A DNA stretch of 63,977 nt, the filler included, from Bigelowiella natans CCMP2755 (lineage: Eukaryota > Protista > Cercozoa), in assembly GCA_000320545.1 (NCBI GenBank). It is 9 parts of 9 records of this genome, joined end to end, with 100 filler letters (N's around TTAATTAATTAA, not from the genome) between each part and the next. Parts side by side here need not be neighbours in the genome. Positions count along the whole stretch, not along the records: positions 1 to 18,701 come from ADNK01000920.1; positions 18,802 to 32,179 come from ADNK01001390.1; 7 more parts are not named here. One strand, written 5' to 3'. Shown here piece by piece: positions 12,241 through 24,328 of the stretch. A program made the translations under genes and the position numbers. The notes under the pieces were generated by a model. The model had not been told where the DNA came from and ran no database searches. It saw nothing but the letters and a program-made list of their open reading frames with translations. Numbering within the stretch: the first letter of the stretch is position 1; each line of letters opens with the position of its first letter.

Positions 12241-13280
12241 AAACTCTTCTTTTTCTCGTGTTGATTGAGGACGCGGTTGTGCGAGTTGTTGGGGTGTCTC
12301 ATGGGCACTGCATTTTGCACACTGCAAGTGTCTTGCAACACTTTGGAAATGTAGTTTTTCATCATTGTTTCATTGTTTCATTGTTTCATGGGCCTTTCAA
12401 CTGCTCCTGTGGAAACACCCATGCTGTTTTTCTTTCTTGTTTTGAAGCTTTGGGTCACGAATGAGTGAAGAGCAGCGAACACTGGAACACTCCGTGCACG
12501 CTGCACGCTGCGGCGCACGCAGCACACTCCAGCACTGCACACTTTCAGTTTGTCAGGTGGGTGCGGTGCCCCTTGGCCATGCCTCCGATGTGGAGGCAAC
12601 CAGTTGTGCCACGGTAGTTGTGATGCGATGTGAGAAACGTGACAATTCAAACAATTTTGCTCCAGGACGTCGTTTGTTGCACAACTTGTCTGTTGTGCAT
12701 CGCACCCGCAAAACTCCTCATCATCACTCGCTAGCTCGCTCTGTCGAATTAGGTGCCACTTGCTTTTGTCAGTTTGCATTGCGCAAGTCGGTGTGGTCCC
12801 TGCACTCGTGTGGGCCCAAGCGCGCGCACCAGCACACTTCAAAAAAGGCGCTTCAAAGTGGGCATGCATGAGCTTTCGTCAAAGTGTGCGTGCGTGGTGG
12901 CCGGATGGCTAGCCGGGTTGTCATCATGATTCGTTTTCCAAGCTAGCAAGCTAGCGAGGCAACCATGTTTGCACCCAAAAACATGCAATTTCGTGCATTG
13001 CGCATGCATGCAAGTGTGTTCATGTGCACCATGCTAGCATGGGAACGCTTTTGGAGCTCGCACAAGTGAATCATTCCACACTCTATTGCAACAAGTCATC
13101 ACGGGCAGCTAAGAGCTACCAGAGCGGCAAAAAATCGACCCAATTGTGAACTAGAACACAATTCTCAGGTCAACGCTGAAATGGTCTAGTGATGAGCATC
13201 AGAGCACAAAGAAAGAATGGATCAGGACATGTTTTTTTAGTAGGAAAACAACTGTGATGTGTGTTCTATTTGTTGCAACA
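12241..13280. other. TpA-depleted, TG/CA-rich intergenic island
   Basis: Manual count in 12241-13080: 8 TA (5 CTAG, 2 GTAG, 1 TTAG); CpG abundant. Confidence 0.85.
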
Positions 13281-13360
13281 TGCGTATCAGCATCTGAACT
13301 ACGATGATCAGCAACAAGCCTTACGGCAGCTTCCTCCACATGTGTTTCTATTCTTCATCA

Positions 13361-15286
13361 CTACGTCCATGGCATGAGTGTGACAGAATCCCACACGCTT
13401 CCAGGTGGCTGCTTCTCCCCGCTTTCATTCTCATACGAATTGGTGCGGACGAACTCGACATGCAACATGGAGCTATTAGCACTGAGGCGGAGATAACCAT
13501 AATCATTCACGTGTGCAACGGAGAAGTTTCCAAGAGATGGGGAGAAACCGCCCTTCTCTGCGGAGGCTCCCGCACTTCCCGCGACAATGTGCGTAGTTCC
13601 GCTGACCCCATCGTCGACGCATTCGCCTTTGTAAGCCGGACAAGAACGCTCATAAGAATGTTGGTGTCCGACTAGCATTAGATTCACCCTGTATTTGTAA
13701 AGCAAAGGCTCCAAATGCTCGCGCATTGCGAGCGAAACCTTGAAGTCCCCCTCCTCCTGCAGCTGCGTGGTGTACATCATCCTGTGGGTGGCAAGTACTA
13801 TCCATGGCGTCAAAGTGCGGTTGGAAGCTGCAGAGGCGAGGTCATTCGCGAGCCACTTGTATTGAATCGACCCCACGGTCCAGTCATGCTCTGATGACAT
13901 CACGACTACGTGCACCCCTCCCTCATTAAAGGAGTACCAGAAAATATCATTCCCGTCGCTGCTTGTGCCGTTGTATCGAGCCTGCGTTGGGACGCCACAC
14001 TCACCCTGCGAGTCATCTCCGAAGTTTCCCCACTCCGTTGGGTGTTTTCCTTGCTCTTGTGGATGCCAACCGGTGGGAGGGGCGCCGCTCGGATCGATTT
14101 TTGAGCCGGTGTGATCGTATTCGTGGTTGCCGATTGTCACCATGTAAGCGACTCTGGAGGATATGGGCTCTATGAGCGAGCCCCACAGATCCCAAATAAA
14201 CGTCGATCCTTCAGCATAGCCAAGGTCCCCAGGATGCAGAAGAAATCCTCCAAAACCATTTTCTTCGATATCCCGTTTGACCTGGCCGACGAGCCTCCAT
14301 GCGGGCGCAAACAAGGGAACAGGGAGGGCCTGGTCCGCGTACATGAGGAATTTGACTGCCCTCTCTGACATACTCTTTCTTGAGGTGAAGACGCGCTCGC
14401 TGCTCCACCCCAATGCGCCGCCATTGCCAACACGATAGAACACTTGGGTGGATGTGGGTAGTCCAGACAACACGACCCTATTTATGTCTCCAGGCGGCAA
14501 GAAGTGCTGAATGCCCGTTCGATTGGCGGGTGCGTTGCACATATCGCTGGCGTGGTAGGTGCTCGTTGTCCCGTGAGCTACCCGGTCTAGCTTTCCCTTT
14601 TCAAATCCATATCTTACAGTTGGTACGCTGTCATTGTCATCAAGGAGCCCATGGCCACTAACCCATATCACAAGCATCTCGTCCCGCTTCTCGGTAAAGC
14701 TGAGGTGTATCTGTGAGGGGCGGACCCCAAAGGCACCGGATTCATGTTCGATCTTTAATTCACCAATGACGACGGCGGAGTGGGTTCTATTGCTCTGACT
14801 TGCATGAGCCCCCTCATAATCGCTGTGCCTTAATGAGGGTGAAACGACAGCCTGCAGATATCTTACTACATAGGGGCACCGGGCATCTGGAAGTGTTGGG
14901 ATGCGAATTGAGCCGCTTTCCATTCCCACATCCTCGTTTCCGGAGGCTGTTGGTATAGCGTCGAAGACCTCCCCAATATCCCACTCGGACCCAGCGCAGG
15001 TGACGGCGATGAGGTCGGAAGCTGTCGCCCCGACAACACCGGTCCATGCTATATCAATGAATGATTCTCCACCGCCTATCTTGGAGGAAGCCTTCATCTC
15101 AACGCTATCTTTTACCGCCATGGTGACTTTGTCGAATGGCAAAGGACGTACCACGCCACCCAAATGGCCTCGCGGGAGCATCGCGCTGCGAGAACCGAAA
15201 AGGGGGCCGCCTGTGCCATGGTGCCCCGCCCCGCCTCCTCGAACATGGGAGGCTAGGAAAACAAGGCTAAACAAAAATATGGTCAT
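13361..15286 (-). CDS. Secreted purple acid phosphatase (nucleotide pyrophosphatase/phosphodiesterase-like PAP), intronless
   Basis: Hydrophobic signal MTIFLFSLVFLASHVRG; FN3-like PSQIHLSF...VRYG segment; metal-ligand motifs YADQ, GDLGYA, GNHEYD, ATHRMMY, GHQHSYER. Confidence 0.93.
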   Translation of the reverse strand: MTIFLFSLVFLASHVRGGGAGHHGTGGPLFGSRSAMLPRGHLGGVVRPLPFDKVTMAVKDSVEMKASSKIGGGESFIDIAWTGVVGATASDLIAVTCAGSEWDIGEVFDAIPTASGNEDVGMESGSIRIPTLPDARCPYVVRYLQAVVSPSLRHSDYEGAHASQSNRTHSAVVIGELKIEHESGAFGVRPSQIHLSFTEKRDEMLVIWVSGHGLLDDNDSVPTVRYGFEKGKLDRVAHGTTSTYHASDMCNAPANRTGIQHFLPPGDINRVVLSGLPTSTQVFYRVGNGGALGWSSERVFTSRKSMSERAVKFLMYADQALPVPLFAPAWRLVGQVKRDIEENGFGGFLLHPGDLGYAEGSTFIWDLWGSLIEPISSRVAYMVTIGNHEYDHTGSKIDPSGAPPTGWHPQEQGKHPTEWGNFGDDSQGECGVPTQARYNGTSSDGNDIFWYSFNEGGVHVVVMSSEHDWTVGSIQYKWLANDLASAASNRTLTPWIVLATHRMMYTTQLQEEGDFKVSLAMREHLEPLLYKYRVNLMLVGHQHSYERSCPAYKGECVDDGVSGTTHIVAGSAGASAEKGGFSPSLGNFSVAHVNDYGYLRLSANSSMLHVEFVRTNSYENESGEKQPPGSVWDSVTLMPWT

Positions 15287-15599
15287 GGGTGTTATCTGCG
15301 CGCAGTCCTTCGCTCGATAGCACACACACAGAACATCCACTCCTCGGCGTGAGGAGGTGTGATTGCCTTAGACACAGCAATGTCGCGACATTCCATCGTT
15401 TCGGTGCGATAAGGGCATCTCTCTCGCAAGGCGGTATCCTGGGCCTACGACAGCAGATCTCACATGTCGCAGGGATGAAATATTACAACAATTCCCCGAT
15501 GAATGGAAATTTATTTTATTAAAAAAAAATCGGCTGCCGATGGGTTAGACCACACCCTCCCCGTGCAAACAGCTGAGGAACGACCCGACACCGGAAGGA

Positions 15600-16699
15600 C
15601 GACGCGACTCCATTCGAGCTAGAAACCCCTCCAGAACAAGCATGGGGGTGGCAGGCTCCAGAATGGTGAGTAAGTAGAGAAGGTAAGGTAGTCTGGGAAT
15701 TTTCCACCCTAATTTCCCCCCCATCCTTCCCCCCCTTCTCTCAGGCTGGAATGGGTGAAATAAATGGCCTCCTGGTATCGTGCAAACCTCCTTTGAAGCA
15801 CAAAACAAATATTCGTCTGGTGCTTGTACTTCCGCCCTCTAACTAATCGTACTGTTATTCGATAACAAATAGGCTGGGCGCGTATTTTTACGCTTCTCCT
15901 TCACATTGGTGCACCTTGCTATGGACCAACACCTCATCGATGCCATTGCAAAGGGAGACCACGTCAAGGCTCAGCGCCTGTCTTCGTTAATGAGCACAGT
16001 CAATTCGGTCATATCCTTTGCACTCCGTCCAGTCGCCGGGGCATTGCTAGATTCGTATGGCCGCAAGGTAGCAGCTGAACGAAGTTAGCATTGGTGATGA
16101 TCTGACCTGCAAGCCCCCTGCCACCCCTTCGCGCATAGCCGGGGCAGTATTTTTCATTTCTCATCTTCTGTGTGGATAACTACTCCTGAATCGCGCTATA
16201 TGTTGTTGCCCCTCCTTCCCTCTCGCCGCTTGTTTTTCTCTCTGCAGCCCTTCCTTGTGCTCTGCCCTCTCTTTTCCGCCATTGCTCGGGCATGTGTCCT
16301 GGCGCGGCCTGGCACGCGGGAGTACGTTGCCTATCGGATTCTCATCAATATTGCGCTCCTTCCTCTCTGGTTCGATGTGCAGACCTAACAATACTAACAT
16401 CCCTGTGCTGTGGTGTTTGTGGCAATGCCGACTCATCCTGCATTCTTGGAGTAGGCTTATCTCGATCTCCCCCCCCCCCCCCCCCCCCACTTTCAAGGTC
16501 CGCGATCACATCGTACCTCTGCGACAAATTCGGGCGTGCAACCCCGAAATACACGGTATGATGACAGAAGAAGGGGGACATCAAAGATGCGTGTTATCGT
16601 CCGACACCTGCTGCCCCCCCCTTCTGTTTTCCTTAGGTGGCAATGCAACGGATGCGCGTCATTCTCACTCTTGTGGGGTTGCTAGCAAACCGGGTAGAT

Positions 16700-16762
<63 letters not shown>

Positions 16763-17327
16763 ACCATCTTCATTGTTTTCAGTGTACATGTTTTTGGACA
16801 AAATCGAACGCGAACATTGACTGGTATTCTTCGCCCTATGCCTCTTTCGCAGGTTGGATCGCGCATTGGCTCTGCGAAGACGAATATCGCTTTGAGCTGC
16901 CTTGTCAATCTTCTTGGTGGGAGGAATTGCCAAATTACTCACCTCCCCAGCAAAAACTTTCTTTACCAAAAACTGAATTGTGTCACGCTTTTGTAAAATG
17001 AATTAACAAATAAATAATTATATATATTATATCTCAGCCAGCGCATCCTTCCTACTTTTCACCTCCGAATCGTTAAAGAAAGAGGTGCGTTAAATCGATT
17101 AGAAACGCCTCTGATGACCTCCTCTAAGACATCACGTGTGATGATACGCTCTGACAATGTATTCACCAGGAGAGGAAGGAGTTTGCAGTTAGTAAGGCAG
17201 CGAACCCATTGTCCTTCTTGTCGTTGATATCACGATCGCAGGTGAGTACTGCGGTTGGTGCCGGGAAGCGTTATAATGATATCATGGCTCTGTAATCTGG
17301 CTGTGATGATATGTATGTGTGCTTAAG

Positions 17328-17369
<42 letters not shown>

Positions 17370-18100
17370 AATGTATAGTTAAGTCTTGTTGTCGTAAATG
17401 TAGTTGATAAAATGCGTGTTGCTTACCAGAGGCTCAGATCGCTCGCTCCTATCCTGATCATGCAGGTTCAAAGCGTGCACACCACACACATTGCCACCAC
17501 CACTACTGTGACGATCATAATAATGATAATGATAATAATGATAATGATAATAATGATATCGATAATGATAATGATGATAATTCTACTAATCACACGGAAC
17601 ATGCTTCGAATGATGTCCGAAACGACGATACACACGTATACACTATCACCATCGTCGCCACCCTCATCGACTCTTTACATTGCTCGCTGTCGTAGGCCGT
17701 GCCTGATTACGACTACACCAGTGGGACCTTCTACCGTCAGAGGGTTGTAGTTGTTGTAGTAGTATTTCGCAGTAGTCGCAGCAGTTGCGAGTCGCTATGG
17801 CCGCTTATTTTGCTACTTGTTACTACTGCTGCTGCTACTACTCTGTGGTGATAAAAGTACCTGATGACAAGTGTCATCATCGTTCATACAACATGCATCC
17901 TCTTGCTTTAGTTTGGCTGGAAGGTCACGGAAACGGCGAACCTCATGTTCTTCAACCAGATCTCCGGTCATGCAGCATGTCACACTGCTTTTTCCGCCTC
18001 TCTCCCCCATGTGTCATCGATCGTCTGGCATGCCAAGAACGAGTCTTGATGCTGGTTCGCACACGCGCCCACGCGGCTGATTGAGTGAAAGTAATTGCTG
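15600..18100 (+). CDS. Major facilitator superfamily transporter (TetA/DHA1-like), multi-exon, probably 3'-incomplete
   Basis: Exon 15873-16067 ends PVAGALLDSYGRK and splices to PFLVLCPL (MFS motif A, GxLxDxxGRK); further hydrophobic exons and ERKEF...AANPLSFL loop. Confidence 0.75.
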
Positions 18101-18701
18101 TGTGGTTGCTTGATCGGTGCAGGAATTATCGAGAGCTGGGTGTGCCCGGAGAACCCTATGATTCGAAGTCTTGGTAAATCGATGATGGATGTGTAATCCT
18201 TTGGGGGGGGGGAGGGGGGGATAGAGCTGAAGGAAGGACTAATTCCATAGAAATTAGAAATGATAAGCACTATAACGACGATGATAATTTTGAGGACGTG
18301 TTGACCCCCCTTCCCATCCTTTATCATGTGACACTACTCTTCTGGATATTCGGAAAAGCTCTTCTCGGGATCGCCGTGGGTCGACGGACATGATTAACTC
18401 AGCACTGCCCCAGGCATCCCTGATTCTGACGTACGGGACAATAGCCGTGAGAGGGCATACAGATGTTATGTAATTTGGAGTCTCTAGCCTCCACTGAATC
18501 CATATACGTCCTCTCTTGCTGCGATCTGAGAGTATATAGACGGTGATCTCGATTATCAGACTTCCTACACTGTATCCATATCATTCCTTCACTCTAGTTG
18601 AGACACCGATAGTGATGTGATACACAGCTCTAACGAGTAACCCCCATACGAAATCATCACGATTCGATCGTGCAAGCCGGTACATCTAATTCAAGAGTCT
18701 T

Positions 18702-18801
18702 NNNNNNNNNNNNNNNNNNNNNNNNNNNNNNNNNNNNNNNNNNNNTTAATTAATTAANNNNNNNNNNNNNNNNNNNNNNNNNNNNNNNNNNNNNNNNNNN
18801 N
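18702..18801. other. Artificial contig-join spacer (44 N + TTAATTAATTAA + 44 N)
   Basis: Identical 100-bp spacer also at 32180-32279, 46459-46558, 50208-50307, 54772-54871, 58140-58239, 60474-60573 and 61624-61723; the core puts stops in all six frames. Confidence 0.98.
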
Positions 18802-18889
18802 CAAGCAGCACGTCGAATAATCATCATATTCATTGTAGTTAGGGTAGAGACAAGTGCATACATAGGAATATATCTGTATATATTAATGT

Positions 18890-18935
<46 letters not shown>

Positions 18936-18973
18936 ATAGATGTATATATGTATCATTTAAGTGTATTATAGAG

Positions 18974-19027
<54 letters not shown>

Positions 19028-19108
19028 GGGGGGGGGGGGGGGGGGAGTTGTGTGTGCGTGTGTGTGCGCGTGTGATATTCTTCTTCTTGCGCGGTGCTGT
19101 TTGATCAG

Positions 19109-19205
19109 ATGGGGCTCATGGAGGCCTTATCGGTCTTCCTCTCCTGGGTTTGGAAGCAAATAATCCACGCGATCTAACTAATATATCCACTGCCATAGAC
19201 GGCAA

Positions 19206-19239
<34 letters not shown>

Positions 19240-19747
19240 CAATTGGAATATGCTACTTGCCGCATCGATCTGCTGATTATACTACTATTACTACTACTTA
19301 TTGCAGTGCACAACGTTGTCCTCATCATGCTTGCATTTTGCTGTTTGGCTGCTGCTTTCTTCTTCTTCTTCTCCTTCTTCTTCTTCATTATCGGCGTTAA
19401 GGTCAAATTGATGGAATTCTTCGACCAAGGTAGGAGCTGCGGCCATCCGCATCATCAAACAGCATCATGCGCAACGTTCTCTCAATCGTAATTCTCCTTG
19501 ACTCGATATATCATTCATTAACACTTTCCTCCCTCCCTCCCCCCATCGTTTCTGCGCGCTCCGTTGTTGCTGTTTTTGTGGTGGTGGTGGTGGTGATGCT
19601 GCTGGTCGGATGGCAGATTCGTCCTACTACGTGCTCTTCTCGGCGTTGGAATCGGGTCTCCCCAGGCTCGTCGCGGTCATGGTAAAGCAGCCGAGATGTG
19701 TGGTGCTATATATGCTCGCACAAAACGCACAGCTGAAACAACAGAAA

Positions 19748-19792
<45 letters not shown>

Positions 19793-20267
19793 TATATATA
19801 TATATATTTATATATAATATAATATACATATTTCTAGTTATATATATTTATTCATCGATGCCGTATGTGTTTGGACGATAATAATAAAAAACAAAAGCTG
19901 CGCTTCCTGCCTCTTTTCATCGGCTACGCGCTCCTCGGCATGCTGCTCTTCGGCTCGTGCACGGACCTCTTCAAAAACCTCGATGCAGCTTGCGTAACGC
20001 TCTTCTCCGTTTCAAACGGTGTGTTCGCCTCTAAACAAGCGCGCGACACTACGACGGGGGGGGGGGGGGGGAGGGGGGGGGGGTAGGTGTTTGCTTCCTG
20101 CTCCCTCCTCCTCCTCCGCCTCGTCCTCTCGTTGAGTTTAAACCTCGTTCGTAGGCGATTCCATCGAGGATGTGTTCCAGACGGTGGATACGTGCGGAGA
20201 CCCTGCCCTGTCGCGGTTCTACATGTACTCGATCGTGGGTCTTAACATCTGCGTGGTAGGAGAGAGC

Positions 20268-20305
<38 letters not shown>

Positions 20306-20626
20306 CTGTTGTCGGAGCGGTGATGATGAAAATGATATATGCCACCGTGAGAGCGCTTCTTCGTAGCTGGTTTTTTGAGTCGGCGGTGTCATTGACATTG
20401 CTAGCATCATCATCATCCTCATCATCCTCATCCTCATGCTCATCCTCATCATCTGCTTTGCCCCTCCTCTTCTCCTCCCGTCGTCATCTGCCCAGGTTCT
20501 GAACATCTTGCTGGTGGTGGTGGAGGACGCTTTCTTCGCAACGAAGGCCTTCCAGATGGACCAAAGGCGCATTCAGCGTGAGCAGGAGGTTGGTGATCGT
20601 TGGCTACTTCTGGCTGCTGCTGTTTC

Positions 20627-20661
<35 letters not shown>

Positions 20662-21076
20662 GCGAGTCTCTTCTAGCGAGTTGCGTTTTGTCACTAACCA
20701 GCTTGGACGCTCTCCGCAGCACCATCAAGGGGAGCTTTCTATACCTTTGCCATGACGGCCGTGCCCCTCACGCACGCTTCTGCGGTGTGCAATTCGTGAG
20801 CATCTCCCCCCCCCCCCCCCTCCCCTTTATGTTCTTCATCAGGCGGAGAACATGCATCTGGTGCAATGGCTAGACCAGAAGACCCCGGGGGACACCGAGA
20901 GTAGTGGAGACGAGGACGAAGAGAAGGGGTGGGGCATGGAGAATGCGCTGTCGGGAAGAGAGGTGACGATGGTGGCAGATGAGCGCAGATCTTTGATCAT
21001 TGTGCGGCGGTGCAGTGAAGAATTGAGCGTAAAATTTGTACCATTTAGCATTATATTCATAAATACATTAGTACAC

Positions 21077-21116
<40 letters not shown>

Positions 21117-21509
21117 TTTATAAAAACAAACTCGACGTTTGGCTTTTTTTTTGTCCTTCACCAAATACGCTGCTTGAAGGACCAGAATTGGGGAAGCAGC
21201 AAACTGACGATTGAAGGATGTGACGAGGAGGAGGAGGAGGGGGGGGAGAATCAATTCCCTCCTTATGCTGGCAGCTCGAGCGGTGCGTCATCGACGCCAC
21301 CGACCCATGTTATAGCGAGGAGGAGGAGGACAACGACACCCCCTCCGGGCATGGAGGGGGGGCAGGGGTGGGAGGAGGAGGGAGAGGAGGATTCGCGGAG
21401 CAATCAACTCATGCAGCAATTCTCATCTTCCGCGCGCTCAGTGGTAGTAGTGGTAGTAGTAGTCGTCGTAGTAGTAGCGTTGGCAGTCTTTAGAGTGACG
21501 AGCAATTGA
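19109..21509 (+). CDS. Mucolipin/TRPML (polycystin-mucolipin) cation channel, 3' part
   Basis: Spliced exons read ...SVFLSW / YYVLFSALESGLPRLVAVM / LRFLPLFIGYALLGMLLFG...FKNLDAACVTLFSVSNG / DSIEDVF...SRFYMYSIVGLNICV / VLNILLVVVEDAF, matching TRPML S5, pore (LFSxxNGD) and S6. Confidence 0.8.
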
Positions 21510-21725
21510 ATGGTAGGAGGAGTAGTGGTAGAAGTAGAAGAGGGGGGGGAGAACTTCCGCGTCCTTCTAAGTTGAGACCGATCGTGTGCAGATGATGTGA
21601 CACTCGGCCTTCTGCGCCTGCTCTTTCTTATCTTCTCTTGCCCCTCCTCCCCCTCCCCCTCCTTTTTGTTTTTTGTTTTGGTCTCCATCGTCGTCGTCGT
21701 TCTGCTCGTTGTTCCTCACAGGGCC

Positions 21726-22093
21726 ATGCCAGAAACCGGAAGAAGAAGCTCATGTAAGGATTCGAATATAATATATATATGTATAACATCGTGTATATTG
21801 GAGTGTGCAGCGTGTGCGCATTTCTACGACCGAAATTATTGTTAAACGATGATGAAGCCTGATTGCTACTGCTACGCGTATGGCCGTAGGGATTGGCGGC
21901 TCTCTCAGTCTTCTCGCCACGTTCCCTCATCACATACGAGCAGCCCTCGAATGAGTGCCTCCCTGGCCGCCTCCGATGTGAAGGTTCTAACGCGCCTTGT
22001 CCTTGTTAGAAGTGGTGGGGGACGAAGGGGGGAGGGGGGGAGGCAAGGTGGAGAGGAGGGAGGTGGAGGAACTTTCATGTGTGTATATACATG

Positions 22094-22149
<56 letters not shown>

Positions 22150-22194
22150 TCTTCCGATCTTTCTTTCACTAAATTGTACATAAACACGCGCGCG

Positions 22195-22225
<31 letters not shown>

Positions 22226-22966
22226 ATACACACAAATCCATCTGTTTTCTCCTCGTCCCTTTCTTAGTCGAGGATGCAGCTTTTAAGGCGGAAGTCCTTC
22301 AAGCAGATGTGAGTACGACATTGTGTAGTTGATAACGGTTCAGAGAGCGTTCTTTGAAAAAAAGCCCCCCCCCCCGCCCGCCCCTCACTGTTTTTCCAAT
22401 GATCGTTTTCAAAGGTTTCGACTGAAAGCGAGGGAGAAGCTTCGCATGCCACTCAAGGACACAACGCCGAAAGGCTCAAGGGGCGGACACCTTCTCTTCC
22501 CGACGAGTCTCCTCGACTTGATTGGTTCTGTTTTGTTTGCCTCATTAATCATCGCCATCAACGCACAGATCCGAAATGGCTGACGGCAGCGCAGGAGCCG
22601 GTTCTCCTGTGGTACTTACTGAAAACAGCAAAATATAGTTTTTGAATAAACAAGTAAACAAACTTCAATATGTTATGAGTTGATGTTTGGGCGTTTGTTG
22701 TGCTTGTCTGCGTGCGTGCGTGCGTGCGTGCGTGTGTATGTATTTTTGAGTCTATTTTCGAATTCTCTTTTTCCCGTCGTCCCGAGTTCTCTCTCTCCCC
22801 CCCTCTGATATGCCTTCTCTCCTCATACCTTATTATCAGCTGCGCTCACAACGTACCCCGGGCTACGAGCAAAAGCTGCAGGATTGCATCGCTCATCTGA
22901 CCCAGCTTCTCGGAGATTTTACCGAAGATCTAAGGTTTCCCCCCTGCCTCCCTGAAAATCTGAATA

Positions 22967-23007
<41 letters not shown>

Positions 23008-23104
23008 TCCCCCCTCCCTCTCTCTCTCTACCTCCCCTTTGGATCTTTAGAATATAATTTCTTCTCGAATATAATATATTTACACACATATGTACACACA
23101 CACT

Positions 23105-23158
<54 letters not shown>

Positions 23159-23712
23159 TGTGTATGAATGTGTGTATGATATAGAACCGTGAACATCTCG
23201 TATACAAACCACTCCCCCCCCTCTTTCGATCAGGTCCGAGCTGCACATTCCTTTCACAACGGATGAGACTCTGCTACACCAAGCAGCAGTCCTTGCAACG
23301 CTGGTGTGATGGAACAAGAAAGTATCACAAGAAAGTATCACATTAGTGTATTCGCCCTTATCCTCCCCTTTTCCTTGCCCCCCCCCCCCCCCCCCCTTTG
23401 TAAAGGGCCGACCCCCCAAACCGCGAGACGAGTTATGTGGCGCAAGATTCTGCCTCCAGTGTGCTTTAAGAGCAACGATCGTCGCACGTGCTCGGCGGTC
23501 AAAGCACACGTTTGTTCGTATGATCAACAAGGTACGAGGGTCCAGGGAATCTGTTGTGTGCGCGCGTGTGTGTATGTGCGTGCGTGCGTGCGTGCGTGCG
23601 TGCGTGTGCGTGCGGTGCCGCCGCCTCCTTCGCCCGATCCCAACATTCGACTCGACACGATACTTGGCCATTCGCAATGGCAGAGCCGCCAGTTAAGATG
23701 TCGCTGCTGTTG
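21726..23712 (+). CDS. Probable intron-rich gene, unknown function
   Basis: AG..GT-bounded open segments between microsatellite introns (e.g. LRSQRTPGYEQKLQDCIAHLTQLLGDFTEDL; SELHIPFTTDETLLHQAAVLATL). Confidence 0.35.
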
Positions 23713-24328
23713 ATTTGAATTTTATTCAAGGTGAAGAAAAGATCGATAATATTGAAGAGCTCCTTAGAAGAGGGGGGTGGCAGCTCATTGTTCCCTCCGC
23801 CTAACTCGAGCCGAAGTCCGCGTGCACAGCAATAACCCTAAAAAGTATCCTAGTGACGACGATACCGACATTGTTCACGAGTACCGTCGTACATTAGCAA
23901 TGGTCAATGCGTGCGTCTTGCAACGTTGCGCTAACAAGATACGAGGTCATGCTCATGCATTGCTAGATTGGCATTGCTCATTGAACAGGACTAGAGAATT
24001 CAATAGTCGAAACCAGCTGCAGCACTAGAGCATGCAAGTCGTTGATCAAATCGTTTCTTTTTTCTTATTGGTGCACGATGCAATCTAGTGATCTAGATGA
24101 TGTGTTGCCATGCAAGGAGACACTTGCATGCATGCATGCTGCATGCATATACGTGCACACATGCAGCGCAGCAAAATTTACGTTGAGACCATAGAGGTGA
24201 TGTTTCATCATTTTTACACACCAACTTGTGTTCTCTACATGCATTTCTCTGTGACCTCAAAGTATAATACATGGTTTACATCCGTCTCATAATACATGGT
24301 TGTCGTCGTCGTCGTCGGTTCTTTCCCC

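Noticed and set aside
18702-18801. Recurrent TTAATTAATTAA palindrome flanked by N (8 copies) as a biological repeat
   Set aside because: Fixed 44N-12-44N format with six-frame stops is an assembly linker; adjacency across these joins is not reliable.
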